Shown in pieces: positions 1-13,516 of a DNA stretch of 64,000 nt. A model generated the notes under the pieces. The model saw nothing but the letters and a program-made list of their open reading frames with translations. It had not been told where the DNA came from and did not search any database. Positions within the stretch are counted from its first letter, which is position 1. Each line of letters begins with the position of its first letter. Both the position numbers and the translations under genes were made by a program. This stretch comes from Octopus vulgaris (lineage: Eukaryota), in NCBI GenBank assembly GCA_951406725.2, contig OX597828.1:50406001-50470000 (forward strand). The letters run 5' to 3'.

Positions 1-149
1 CATTTGTTATGCTTATCAAAAGATATATTTTTAAGAGAGATAGAGTTCCTTTCGGATAGATTTTTTCTCTTATCTGATAAGAGAAAAAATCTATCAGAAA
101 GGAAATCTATCTCTCTTAAAAAAATATCTTTTGATAAGCATAACAAATG
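1..149. repeat. Near-perfect palindrome centred at ~75
   Basis: CATTTGTTATGCTTATCAAAAGATAT...ATATCTTTTGATAAGCATAACAAATG. Confidence 0.9.
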
Positions 150-939
150 CGCAACCGGTAAAAAGAACTTTCACCTAATTAAATACACTCTCCCTTACTT
201 AACTTATTTTGTCAGCATTTTCTTCATTTCCTTCATATATATATATATATATATTTACACACACACACCAACAGTAAACAACATGAAATACGAAAACAAA
301 TAAGTTATATATGCTAACAACGGGAGAAAGAATGGAAAGCAGGACAAATAACACGAAGAACGACACTTCATCTGTTGTCGGCTGCTTATCTACTCCTCAT
401 TTTGAGCATTGAACGACAATATGAGTCTTCGAAGACAGTTGCTCCCATTAATATCTAAATACAATTTTGGATTTATGGAGGGTCAGGGTTGGGAACAGTG
501 GAGACGTACAAGGAAACCGAACGAAAACAAACATGGAGGGTCGTTAGACCAGAACGAGGGTAAAATAGCGAATGCTGGAGAAATATTTTCTTTGAAAAGA
601 GAAAAGATACAAGGGAGGGAAAACGTCCAGTCCTTTGTACGTCTTGGAGGAAAAGCAAGATGGTCACGTGAGGAAAAGAACGATGGACGCTGATCCCGTG
701 TGAGTAACGAGAGGGAGAGAGAGAGAGAGAGAGAGATAAAACAGCGGAGGGGACAAAAAGGTAATTAGAGAAGGATGGGGAAGGAAACAGTATAGAGTAG
801 AGCCGCATCAAAAAAGGTTAAGATATACTATCTTGGAAATGGATGCGTAGCGTTTAGTTAAATAATACGGTGGTGCCCCAGCATGGCCGCGGCCTTCGGG
901 CTAAAACATTTTTAAGGATTTAAGGATATATATATATAA

Positions 940-984
<45 letters not shown>

Positions 985-1197
985 ATATATAAATATAAAT
1001 ATATATGTATATATGTATATATATATATAATGTATGTATATATGCATTTGTGTGTCTGTGTTTGTCATCCCATCATCGCTCGACAACAGATGTTGGCGTG
1101 TTTATGTCCTCGTAACTTAGCCTGGGATCGATTTGCTTGACTTAAGGCGGTGCCCCAGCATGGTCGCGCTGAAATGACTGAAACAAGTAATAGAAAA

Positions 1198-1229
<32 letters not shown>

Positions 1230-1877
1230 GTAACCGCACATTTTTCGCGGATCATCCCAGTCAAAAGGTCGTTGACCTTACTATGTTTTCTTGGTGACAG
1301 ATCCTGCAGCATAAATACCACCTACATACAGGATTGGCCTTTCATCCTCATAACGTAGGCAGATATCCAGATATTTATATAGCTTACAATCTCCAATATA
1401 TAACAATATATATATATCCATTTTCACACGTTGGAAGTCGTCATAAAATTGCTATTTATAGAAACTGTCAGCTAAAGTAAACTAAACTATAGTTATTCCA
1501 GATATTGATTAAATGTTTTCTTAACAGGAATTTTAAACGTTCATTAGATAAATACGGTCTGCAGATTTGAAAAGTTAAATTCAACCGGGAGATATTTATA
1601 TATCTCCTATTTATAAACTGTCTGTCGATATACAGTATTCTATTGAATGTAGACAGAGGTTAACTAGACACGCGTACACACAATACAATCGGTAGATACT
1701 GAGAAAGGAAACTTGTAGATATACACTAGATAGTCACTGCTAAAAGACATTGAATAGAGAGATACAATCAATACAACTGATGAACAGTGAATCTGTAAGA
1801 TGTTGACACCATCCAATTGTTTATTCAATTGTTTAGCACTATCCAACTTCGAGTTGATTTTTATTCTTTTTTTTTTA

Positions 1878-2269
1878 TTCTTTTACTTGTTTCAGTCATT
1901 TGACTGCGGCCATGCCGGAGCACCGCCTTTAGTCGAGCAAATCAACCCCGAGACTTATTCTTTGTAAGTCCAGTACTTATTCTATCGGTCTCTTTTGCCG
2001 AACCGCTAAGTGACGGGGACGTAAACACACCAGCATCGGTTGTCAAGCAATGCTAGGGGGACAAACACAGACACAAAAACACACATATATATATATATAC
2101 ATATATACGACAGGCTTCTTTCAGTTTCCGTCTACCAAATCCACTCACAAGGCATTGGTCGGTCCAGGGCTATAGCAGAAGACACTTGCCCAAGATGCCA
2201 CGCAGTGGGACTGAACCCGCAACCATGTGGTTGGTTAGCAAGTTACTTACCACACAGCCACTCCTGCGC
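1878..2269 (-). mobile_element. tRNA-derived SINE family A
   Basis: Head GCGCAGGAGTGGCTGTGTGGTAAG with B-box GGTTCAGTCCC, internal TA/CA tract, tail GCATGGCCGCAGTCAAATGACTGAAACAAGTAAAAG. Confidence 0.85.
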
Positions 2270-2557
2270 TAGCAAAAATTAAAAGAAACGAAATGCGTTT
2301 CTTTGTTAAATTACGATTCGAATTAAACATGGAACACGTGGGACTCTGAAATGTTGAAATGTTTTGGAATTACAGAAAGTTGGTATTTAATTTGGGTGTA
2401 TTTTGGTATTTCACGATCATTCAGAACAGCGTCTTCAGTGAAACAACTCAAGTGAGATAAACCTGTAATGTCCTTGATAGGTTACGTTGTAAACACATGT
2501 TCTTGCTGCTATGGTGTGTGTACACTTTACTGGCTGATATTGCTATTGCAGTCGAAT

Positions 2558-2596
2558 ATATTGCTGAAGAACATTAAGATGTGAGAATTACAATAT
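2558..2596 (+). ncRNA. Minimal type I hammerhead-like motif, one core mismatch
   Basis: ATATTG-CTGAAGA-ACAT-TAAG-ATGT-GAGA-AT-TA-CAATAT. Stems I and II are perfect; GAGA replaces GAAA. Confidence 0.55.
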
Positions 2597-2655
2597 TGAA
2601 TATTGTTGCCACGAATGAATCGTCACGGAATTCTAAGAGAATGTCTTAAGTAATG

Positions 2656-2932
<277 letters not shown>

Positions 2933-3948
2933 AATATTTTAACGTTCACGCCTTATGCTGGCTTGGCCTTGAGGTTTTGACAAAATCCGCGCTCTAACAT
3001 CGTGCTCTAACATCTGTTTTGGTAAGATTTCTACGGCTTGATGCTCTTCCTGACATCAGCCTCTTTACTGCGTATCTTTTGGGTCCTTCTTTTCGCGCCA
3101 CCAGTACTAGTGCGGTCGCCATGAAACCTGCGGTGCTACGAACTTCAGAGGAGGCGATTATTCTAGGATTATTCTAGGAGACAAGGGGTTAAAGTATGAG
3201 TGAAATGGCCTGGGCCGAACAATTTCTTGCTGTAGAGAACGTACATGGATGCTCACATTTCACAAGAGAGGGTAGGGAGTTGTTCAGGATGGAGAGGGAA
3301 GGAATAAAATGGCGATCATGAGGCGCCTGTATGGACCCTCAAGATACAAGGTGAACGGAAGTGAATGAGGATAGATGAACCGAGTGTGTGTGGATAAAGG
3401 TTGCAAGAGTGAATGGGAGAGTGGAAAAGGAGGATAACAACAACATCAACAACAGCACGGCTGGGTTGAGTTATCATAAGCTCCCGAAGGTGGTTGGCAT
3501 GCATATCATGTGAATATGCGTTCTGTATCGATGATTAGATCGTGGTTGGATGATCCAACTACTGCAGAGATACTCAGATATTGGTAATAGCAATCGCTTG
3601 TTTAGGTTATCTATACAGATTTTGAATAGGAATTATAGCCAACACTGATTTTGTTACGACGTTTCCTATTAGAGACGCCTGATGCAAACAATAACAATAA
3701 GATCCAAGATAAAAAATGGGCAATGAACTTATATGCCATGTTTCAGGAGCTTTCTTCCCCTTCGTCACACCCCTAAAACCCTCTACTCTGCCCACGTCAA
3801 AACTCCTGTCGTTACCATTCCCAAGATAACTGAAGACTTGGCCCACGCAGCACCAATTACAAGGGACGCTGCCCCCTGTTTTTCATCCTACCTTATGCCG
3901 TAGACTTGTTAAGGAACCTGTCCATATGATATAACGGGAAAATAATGC

Positions 3949-4392
3949 CCTCACCTTCCCCCCAAATACTGTCCTAAATAAAGAGCACGTGGTCCTAATT
4001 CTAAATATGGATGCACAAAAAGCAACGGATGATCCTTCTTACATCCTAAACTGTGACCCATATTTTGTGTCACTAAGGATATATCTGAACCTAGAATGCA
4101 ACTTACACCATCTGAAGGTACAAAACGAACGAAAAATAACAATAAACGACAACAGATATTTTTTATTAAATGGAATGATCAATCAAGTAGTTTTATTAGA
4201 ATCCACCTAATTATTTGGGTAATTATCTTTTTATTACGTATAAAGGGAAATAAAAACGCTGCAAAAATACATTTTAAAATTTATTGTTACTATTCGAGCT
4301 AAGAAGGACCATCCGTTGCTTTTTGTGCATCCATATTTAGAATCAGGACCACGTGCTCTTTATTTAGGACAGTATTTGGGGTGAAGGTGAGG
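3949..4392. repeat. ~93-bp inverted repeats around a ~260-bp spacer
   Basis: 3949-4041 versus 4300-4392. Confidence 0.85.
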
Positions 4393-4555
4393 CGCAGGAG
4401 TGGCTGTGTGGTAAGTAGCTTGCTAACCAACCACATGGTTCAGGGTTCAGTCCCACTGCGTGGCATCTTGGGCAAGTGTCTTCTGCTATAGCCCCGGGCC
4501 GACCAATGCCTTGTGAGTGGATTTGGTAGATGGAAACTGAAAGAAGCCTGTCGTA

Positions 4556-4602
<47 letters not shown>

Positions 4603-4830
4603 ATGTGTATGTTTGTGTGTCTGTGTTTGTCCCCCTAGCATTGCTTGACAACCGATGCTGGTGTGTTTATGTCCCCGTTACTTAGCGGTTCGGCAAAAGA
4701 GACCGATAGAATAAGTACTGGGCTTACAAATAATAAGTCCTGACGTCGATTTGCTCGACTAAAGGCGGTGCTCCAGCATGGCCGCAGTCAAAATGACTGA
4801 AACAAGTAAAAGAGTAAAAGAGTAAAGAGA
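4391..4830 (+). mobile_element. SINE family A, full length
   Basis: Same head, body and (AAGAGTA)n tail as the other family A copies. Confidence 0.85.
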
Positions 4831-4941
4831 GTATTACCGTTATGATGTCTTTTCGTGTCCTAATTAATAGCGGCAGAATTAGTGTTAATAGGATTAATAT
4901 ACGTAATGTTTTTATAGTCTGCTTTAAGTAAGACAGAGCTA

Positions 4942-5222
4942 TGCCGAACCGCTAAGTCACGGGGACGTAAACACCAGCATCGGTTGTCAAGCGATGTTGG
5001 GAGGACAGACACAGACACACAAACATACACACACATTCATAAATATATATGCATATATACGACGGGCTTCTTTCAGTTTCCGTCTACCAAATCGACTCAC
5101 AAGGCTTTGGTCGGCCCGAGGCTATAGTAGAAGACAATTTCCCAAGGTGCCACGCAGTGGGACTGAACCCGGAACCATGATGTTCGTAAGCAAGCTACTT
5201 ACCACACAGCCACTCCTGCGCC
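4942..5222 (-). mobile_element. SINE family A, 3'-truncated
   Basis: Reverse-complement match to the head and body. Confidence 0.8.
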
Positions 5223-5562
5223 TGTTGTTTTAAATTTGCCACAGAAAGTGATATACGTTTGTGGTGGCTAATGGTAGTGGGACGCCCGAGTGCCAAGGGG
5301 GCGGCAGCCCGAAAAAGTTTGGGAACCACTGTTTTAAGTTTTACCAGGTCGTGATTGCCAGTCAGTGGGTGTTGCACAGGTGGGTACAAATGTATGTAAT
5401 AATCAATATGAAAGTTTGTGGAAGAGTTTGATAGACTCAGTTGCTGTGAGAAATGAAGAATCTAACGTCGCGGGGCTTTTGAGTTTTAAAGATAGAAAAA
5501 TAGAGAAATATAATGTTGTAGGTAAGTATGTAAGAAGAAATCGAAATGAAGGAGTGATATGA

Positions 5563-5790
5563 GGCGAGCTGGCAGAAACGTTAGCACGTCGGGCGAAATG
5601 CTTAGCGGTATTTCGTCTGTCGCTACGTTGTGAGTTCAAATTCCGCCGAGGTCGACTTTGCCTTTCATCCTTTCGGGGTCGATAAATTAAGTACCAGTTA
5701 CGCACTGGGGTCGATGTAATCGACTTAATACCTATGTTTGTCCTTGTTTGTCCCCTCTGTGTTTAGCCCCTTGTGGGTAATAAAGAAATA
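5563..5790 (+). mobile_element. tRNA-derived SINE family B with a Meta/MESC-like central domain
   Basis: Head GGCGAGCTGGCAGAAACGTTAG, B-box GAGTTCAAATTCC, core GCCTTTCATCCTTTCGGGGTCGATAAATTAAGTACCAG. Flanking direct repeat GATATGAGGC. Confidence 0.8.
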
Positions 5791-5863
5791 GATATGAGGC
5801 CGAACGGGAATAAGAATGGGAAAAATCAAAAGAGAACAGAAAGAAAGAAAGAAAGAAAGAGGG

Positions 5864-5897
<34 letters not shown>

Positions 5898-6659
5898 TAA
5901 GGTGATGTGAGAGGATGATAGGGTTAGAGAGAAGCAAGAAGGAAGAAGAAAGTAGTAACCTTCTCGTTTCGTTCTCCTCGCTGGCCCTCTCACACCGCAT
6001 CTCTTTTTCTCTCTCTCGGCTTCTCCTTTCTCTCCGATAGAACTCCTCCGTTTATTTCATTTCACTGACTTCAATAAAACAAGACGTTTTTTTTTTCTTT
6101 TCATACTCAAAGGTGACTGTCTGCAGCCTTAGATTATTCATTATTCATAATTCCCCGTAAATGAACCCGACTTCAGAGTAATTGCCGCTGAAGCTGAACA
6201 TCAGCAGATTGCATTCAGTTTATGTGTGTGTTTGTGCGCTCGTAGATAAAACAGGGAAATGTTCCTATATATATATGTGTATCTGGTGACGGTGAGTTTA
6301 TTAAGTGTGTATAATACATTACATGTACCTGACTATGTAGCAACAGCCTGCTTTAATGCCTTTATTATTATGAAAGAACTCTGTGATAACAGCAGGGTGG
6401 ACATAAGTGTATGGACAACGTAATATATAAAATATAATAAAATATAATAGAATACAACTTGTAATTTAGTTACAAGCCAGGTTGCCACAGGAATAATGTC
6501 TCAATATCTTAACCACGTTAGATTCCCATATTGCTATCATCACGTTTAATGGTGTTTAAAGCTGCGTCCATTTTGGTTTTAGGTCCCATAAAGTATCAAT
6601 AAAGCATCATAAAACTGAAAATAACAACATATATATATACATACATATATATATATATT

Positions 6660-6716
<57 letters not shown>

Positions 6717-6859
6717 AAATTAATATAAACAGCTAGGCGCCATATAATACCACAAAGGAAAAATTTCATCGCCACTAATTGTGACTGGGGGGGGGGGGCG
6801 AACACCTATATTGCAAGAAATAGAGTTAAAAACTCTTGATGCTGTAAGAAGCGTGCAAT

Positions 6860-6904
<45 letters not shown>

Positions 6905-6933
6905 CATACATACACACACACCCACACACCCAA

Positions 6934-6979
<46 letters not shown>

Positions 6980-6986
6980 GTATATA

Positions 6987-7827
6987 CAGGGTGCAATGGG
7001 TAAATTGCCGCCATTTTATATTTTTAATTTCGCGAATGCGCTCTGTTTGTTTTTGATTTTGTCGACTACACAGTTTTGTAGGGTCAGTTGGGCACCGTTT
7101 GTATGAAAAACAAAACCATGACGCAATTCTATCTGCCAGAAATTTGCAAATGATATGATGCACTGCTTTGCATTCGTGCCGGAATCTCCGATACGAACAT
7201 TTCAGAGTGTTTGAGTGTCAATCTGAGGACATGTACTGAGAGTGATATAAAATCAAAACCTCCAGTCAACATCATGGTGATGGCCACGTTATGCTTTTCC
7301 TTCATCTTCCCACATGGACTCAGACACAACAGGGAAGCCTACATAAAGTTCCTGGAGGAGGTAGTGCTGCTCTGGGTCAAGAGGGTGGCTGCTGGAAGAC
7401 CCTACGACTGGCAACAGGATTATGCACCATGCCACACAATGAGAATCCAGTCATGGGTGTGAGACAATTTCTACCACCACATCGCCCCTAAAATCTGGTC
7501 ATGTAACTCCCCAGACTTCAACCCCCTTGATTATAATGTGTGGGGCGCAGGTGAGCGAGAAACCAACAAAACTTCTTGTAACACCAAAGATGAACTGAAG
7601 GCAAGGATTATGGCAGCATTCACCAACTTAAATAAAGTGACCACGTCAGAAGAGTTGCAGGAAATTCCGACGTCGTCTGGAGGCCGTGGTTAAAGCCAAA
7701 TGGCGATTTTACTTTGGTATTTTATGATATTTTTATGTAATTTTGGTAAATATTTCTGTTAAAATGAAGTGTCAGTGTTATTTTCATTTCTGCATAATTT
7801 AGACGACAGTTTATTCACCGCACCCAA
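6987..7827 (+). mobile_element. Internally deleted Tc1/mariner DNA transposon (DDxD, maT/DD37D-like)
   Basis: Imperfect TIRs CAGGGTGCAATGGGTAAATTGCCG / CGACAGTTTATTCACCGCACCCAA are flanked by TA. The transposase remnant WQQDYAPCHT...W..NSPDFNPLDYNVWG has 36 codons between the Asp residues and one stop. Confidence 0.8.
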
Positions 7828-7835
7828 TATACATT

Positions 7836-8083
7836 CTTTTATTCTTTTACTTGTTTCAGTTATTTGACTGCGGCCATGCTGGAGCACTGCCTTTAGTCGA
7901 GCAAATCAACCTCAGGACATATTCTTTGTAAGCCTAGTACTTATTCTATCTGTTCTTTTGCCGAACCGCTAGGTTACTGGGACGTAAACTCACCAGCATA
8001 GGTTGTTAAGCGATGGTGGTGGGACAAACACACACAAACAAACAAACACACACGCATACACACACAGACACACACACATACAG

Positions 8084-8116
<33 letters not shown>

Positions 8117-8285
8117 CATTAATATATGAGTGGCTGTGTGGTAAGAAACTTGCTTCCTAACCACACGTTACCGGATTGAATCCTACTGCTTGACACCTTG
8201 GGCTAATGTCTTCTAATATAGCCTGGGGCCAACCAAAGCCTTGTGAGTGGGTTTAGAAGAGGGAAACTAAAAGAAGCCCGTCGTG

Positions 8286-8326
<41 letters not shown>

Positions 8327-8552
8327 CTGTGTGTGTGTGTGCTTGCATGTCTGTGTTTCTCCCCCCCCCACCATCGCTTTGACAACCGATGTTGGTGTGT
8401 TTACGTTCCCGTAACTTGGCGGTTTGGCAAAAGATACCGACAGAAGAAGCACTAGGCCAACAAAGAATAAGTCCCGTGGTTGATTTCTTCGACTAAACGC
8501 AGTGCTGCAGCATGGCCGCACTCAAATGACAGAAACAAGTAAACGAGTAAAA
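7836..8552. mobile_element. Two SINE A copies: 3' half on minus (7836-8030) and full copy on plus (8128-8552)
   Basis: Both match family A, in opposite orientations. Confidence 0.75.
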
Positions 8553-8818
8553 ATAGTATATATATATGTGCGTGTGTGTGTGTGTGTGTGTGGTGTGTGC
8601 GTGTGTGTCTGTGTGTGTGGTGTGTGTGTGTGTGGTGTGTCTATGAACGCCTGCCTGCTAGTATATATACTGTGTGTCTGTACGTCTCTATTATATGTGC
8701 ATCTCTATACGTGTGTGTGCGTCTTTGAGCGTGTAGTTGGGCGTTTGTGTATATGTGAGTACATGCATTTTTAACTGTACGTATATATGTGTATGCTTTC
8801 CTTGTTTATCTGTGCGTG

Positions 8819-8874
<56 letters not shown>

Positions 8875-9160
8875 TGTATATATATATAAGTATATATAGT
8901 AGTCAACTGGTGTATGTGTGTGTGTGCATGTGTATCTCTCTATATATTTATACGTTTGTATACTAGTCAGCTGTTATGAACAATTTAATTGAAATAAAAA
9001 GACTATATTAAGCTGTAGCAAAAACAATAACATAAACACCATCATCATTAACCTCCTCCTCCTCCTCATCATCATCATTATCATCATCATCATCATCATT
9101 ATCATTATCATTATCATCATCATCATCATTATCATTATCATCACCATTAACACCACCACC

Positions 9161-9192
<32 letters not shown>

Positions 9193-11215
9193 CGGTATAA
9201 AATAAGGATGAATAAGAAAAAAAGGCGATGGTGGGTCGGAGTGGAAGTTTATGCTTCAATGTTTCTTAGAATTTTGTAGGTGGGCGGTATGAGAGGAGAG
9301 TCTTGGCATAGAAAATAGTAACAGGTTTTTGTATCAAAAATCCACACGAAACTGGAAGCTTGCATTTTTATTCGGTACAGAAACAATCAATATTGCCACT
9401 AATCTAATATATAATACTCACCGAAATTAAAGAACCGCAATATACGTACTTAGTGCCTCACTAATATCACAAACGCAGCAAAACAGCTGTTAGGTATATT
9501 AAATTCATGATAGCAACAGCAGAGCCATATTAAATTAGACCAAAATGTCTTTATTGAGTTGTCGCAAACTGCTTAAATCTTCACGTGTCTCCCTCGCTCC
9601 CTCTCTCTCTCTCTCTCTCTCTCCCTCTCTACACACACACACACTTGCACCACACACATACATACACGAACACACACATATATAGGTATATACAGCAGCA
9701 CTCTTAGTTTTTCCCTGTTTTACATACTTATTTTTCTCACTCCGCGGTTTATACACACAAAAATGTAAATATATCTTTAAATAGAAACATACCTACACCA
9801 CACATAGACGCATACGTAGATGCATGCATATATATCTATACATACTAAAGTACCAGTTTCGCACTGGGGTCGGTGTAATCGACTTAATCCCTTTGTCTGT
9901 CCTTGTTTGTCCCCTCTATGCTTAGTCCCTTATGGGAAATAAAGAAATATATATATCTATACATACATTTATGCATGCTTACCTACACAAGTGTACATAC
10001 GAACACATACACACAAATACACGCACATTTATATACACACATACATACACATAAAATTACATATACATATACACATACATTACCGAACGTGAGAAATTTC
10101 ACATCAGTCTCTATCAATGCGTGGATTATTTCTCCGGTACCCGATACAGAATGGTACAGGTACCTAGGGCCGGATACATCCTGTAACGGCATTTGTAAAA
10201 AGGTACCCTTAACTAGTGGACATTGAAGCGGATTTAAAAATCTGATTTTGACAGCTCTCTTGTATATCCTAAACCTCTGACCCATAATTATATTTGTTGC
10301 CCTTGTACCCTTATCAGCATCTAGATTATTCGATGAGACACTATTTGAATGCTGAGCCGTTGATATTAAACACCAACACCATTAACTATCATCCAAAATC
10401 TTCATATCATTAATGGCTTTGACAGAAACAAAAGAAACAGATAACCATGATTATAAATGCTTTTTAATGTCATCGTATCTCTTCTTTAGTGTCTCCTAAA
10501 CAACAACCAGTCATCACTTATTTCCATAAAATGACAATTGTAATTCTGATATAATTTTGAAACCTGTTTAAAAATGGAATTTGCTCTGATGAAACCTAAA
10601 AGAAGCTGAAATGTGTATTCAATTGCATTAAGCAAAAAAGTACAAAGCGGTTTAGCTACGTTATAATATTTTTTCTGTCGTATGTATATGAAATAAACTG
10701 CAAGGAAGAAAATGAATTTCGTTATTAAAAATTAAGGAAGTACATAAAGAACATACACACTATGAACATAGTTTTATAGATAAAAGGAAAAGTGAAAACA
10801 TCGGTGTTGAACTAATGCGCAGTCTCCAAATACTATATATGCATTATAACTTTAGAGTTTTATCTGTGATTATCAGCCTACTTGGTCATGTGACTAACTG
10901 CCTCAGTGTTAGTTAGGTGAAACTGAGTGTCACATGATCGGAAAGGTCGCAGCTAATTTTTGAAAATTAAAATGAAATGCTATTAAAATGATCACACGTA
11001 AAACATTCCAGAAGTTTAGCTCGTGACAGATACATATTTATACGCACATACGTACATACATACATACAGACACACACACACTCACACACACACATACACA
11101 CATACACACAGAGACACACAGAGACACACAGACACACATCATGAACTATTAATCCCTAAACTATTTTCTTCGTTTTTCTTTCGTTCTCTCTCCCCTTTCT
11201 CCCCCCCCTTAATCC

Positions 11216-11250
11216 TTTCTGTCGAAGAGTGTAGGCTCGAAACGTCAAAA
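11216..11250 (+). ncRNA. Hammerhead-like motif with a variant core
   Basis: TTT-CTGTCGA-A-GAGT-GTAG-GCTC-GAAA-CG-TC-AAA. Confidence 0.4.
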
Positions 11251-11345
11251 ACTTTTCCATTCTTCCCAAGCATTAACCTAATACACCTGCTTGTTGCTCG
11301 TTCACCTGCCTTTTGTTTTCTGAAAATATGAAATACATACATACA

Positions 11346-11347
<2 letters not shown>

Positions 11348-11409
<62 letters not shown>

Positions 11410-11558
11410 TACATATATACATATATATGATTCCATATACATATATATGTATGTATGTTTGTGTATATATATATATATATACACACAAACATACATACAT
11501 ATATATGTATATGGAAACATATATATGTATATATGTATATATATATAGATATATACAT

Positions 11559-11627
<69 letters not shown>

Positions 11628-11628
11628 A

Positions 11629-11663
<35 letters not shown>

Positions 11664-11695
11664 CATATATACATACACACACATATATATGTATA
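11348..11695. repeat. Compound (TA)n/(CA)n microsatellite
   Basis: Seen directly. Confidence 0.95.
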
Positions 11696-11802
11696 TAGAA
11701 GCAAAATATCCAAAAATATAAAAAACAAAACAAGTCAAAAGGACTTGTAGACAGTAAATGTATTAGGTTGGGGCTCAGTTTAAGTTCTAAACAGAAGTTG
11801 TG

Positions 11803-11836
11803 TGTGACGTATCGAGCAAGGGTCTTCCTCAGAATG
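11803..11836 (-). ncRNA. Degenerate hammerhead-like motif related to the 11216 element
   Basis: CTGAGGA-A-GACCCTTGCTC-GATA-CG-TC. It shares downstream AACCTAATAC with the 11216 element. Confidence 0.35.
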
Positions 11837-12293
11837 CGGAATGGTCTAAAAGAGAAGGAAAAGAATAGGCCGAGAAATGTACGTGTGAGGCTTCATGGCT
11901 GAAGTCGCACATATACAGAGAGAGACAGACGGACACACGCACACATGCGTACACCCATACGCGCTCACACACACACACACACATATGTGTGTGTGTTTGT
12001 GCGTGGTGCAATGTTTTCGAAAAATACAAATAAACGACAACACACACAAAAAAAGAGGTAAAAAACTTAATGTAGAGTTGGTATTAGTTTGACGCTCATA
12101 AAATGGGGTGAAAAAGAAAGGGAATGGATTAACGTTTCGAATATTCACTTTTCTGCCAAATGATTGGATAATCAACGAGAGAATAGACGGAAAAAGAACG
12201 TTGGAGAAATGCACGTATGCCCTATTGTTACGGCATGTTGAATATCCGATGTAAGTGTGTGTGTGTATGTATATATATATATATGTATATATA

Positions 12294-12574
12294 TCACGTG
12301 ATCACGTGACCGACCAGACCATCAGATGTTGCTACACATCGCTGGTCACAATGCGTTCGCATTGTTTTAGCCTTCGAATGACGCCACCCCGCTGGCTAAG
12401 CGAGCAGACCAACAGAAGAAAGAGTGAGAGAAAGAGTCACCACCCCCTGCCGGAGCCTCGTGGAGCTTTTAGGTGTTTTCGCTCAATAAACATACACAAC
12501 GCCCGGTCTGGGAATCGAAACCGCGATCCTACGACCGCGAGTCCGCTGCCCTAATCACTAGGCCATTGCGTCTC

Positions 12575-12576
<2 letters not shown>
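12294..12576 (-). mobile_element. tRNA(Arg-like)-derived SINE family C
   Basis: Head GGAGACGCAATGGCCTAGTGATTAGGGCAGCGGACTCGCGGTC...GTTTCGATTCC. Confidence 0.8.
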
Positions 12577-12664
<88 letters not shown>

Positions 12665-12666
<2 letters not shown>

Positions 12667-12961
12667 GAGGAGCAATGACCCAGTGGTTAGGGCAGCGGAC
12701 TCGCGGTTTCGATTCCCGGACCGGGCCTTGTGAGTGTTTATTGAGCGAAAACACCTAAAGCTCCACGAGGCTCCGGCAGGGTGATGGTGGCGATCTCTGC
12801 TGTACTATTTCGCCACAACTTTCTCTCACCCTTTCTTCTGTTGGCCTGCTCGCTTAGCCAGTGGGGTGGCGTCATTTGAAGGCTAAAACAATGAGAAGCG
12901 CATTGTGACCAGCGATGTGTTGCAACATTTGATAGCCTGGTCGGTCACGGTGATCACGGTG

Positions 12962-12962
<1 letters not shown>
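12665..12962 (+). mobile_element. SINE family C
   Basis: Same family as 12294-12576, opposite strand. Confidence 0.8.
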
Positions 12963-12993
<31 letters not shown>

Positions 12994-12994
12994 T

Positions 12995-13376
12995 CTTTTG
13001 TTCTATTATTTGCTTCAGTCATATGACTGCGGCCATACTGGAGCATCGTCTTTAGTCGAACAAATCCACCCTAGGACTTATTCTTCGTAAGCCTAGTACT
13101 TCTTATACCGGTATCTTTTGCCGATCCGGTGTGTTACAGGGATGTAAACAGACCAACATCAGTTGTCAAGCGATGGTGGTGGGACAAACACAGATACACA
13201 AACACACACACATATACAACGGGCTTCTTTCAGTTTCCGTCTGCCAAATTCACTCACAAGGTTTTGGTCGGACCGAGGCTGTAGTAGAAGACATTTGCCC
13301 AAGGTGCCACGCAGTGGAACTGAACCCGGAAGAATGTGGTTGGTAAGGAAGCTACTTACCACACAGTCACATGCAT
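12995..13376 (-). mobile_element. SINE family A, diverged
   Basis: Match to family A. Confidence 0.75.
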
Positions 13377-13473
13377 GTGTAAGAGAGTGAAAAAGAGAGA
13401 GATAGTGTGTGCTTGTGTTTGTGTATCTCTGTGTGCACGTGTGTGTGTGTGCGTGTGTGTATGTGTGTGTATA

Positions 13474-13516
<43 letters not shown>

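Noticed and set aside
10580-10636. Hammerhead-like TTTGCT-CTGATGA...GAAA...TA-AGCAAA
   Set aside because: Stem II is broken and stem III is out of register, so at best a decayed relic and not listed as a feature.
10870-10945. Hairpin GGTCATGTGAC...GTCACATGATC as a pre-miRNA
   Set aside because: Short stem with large internal loops and no recognisable mature miRNA.
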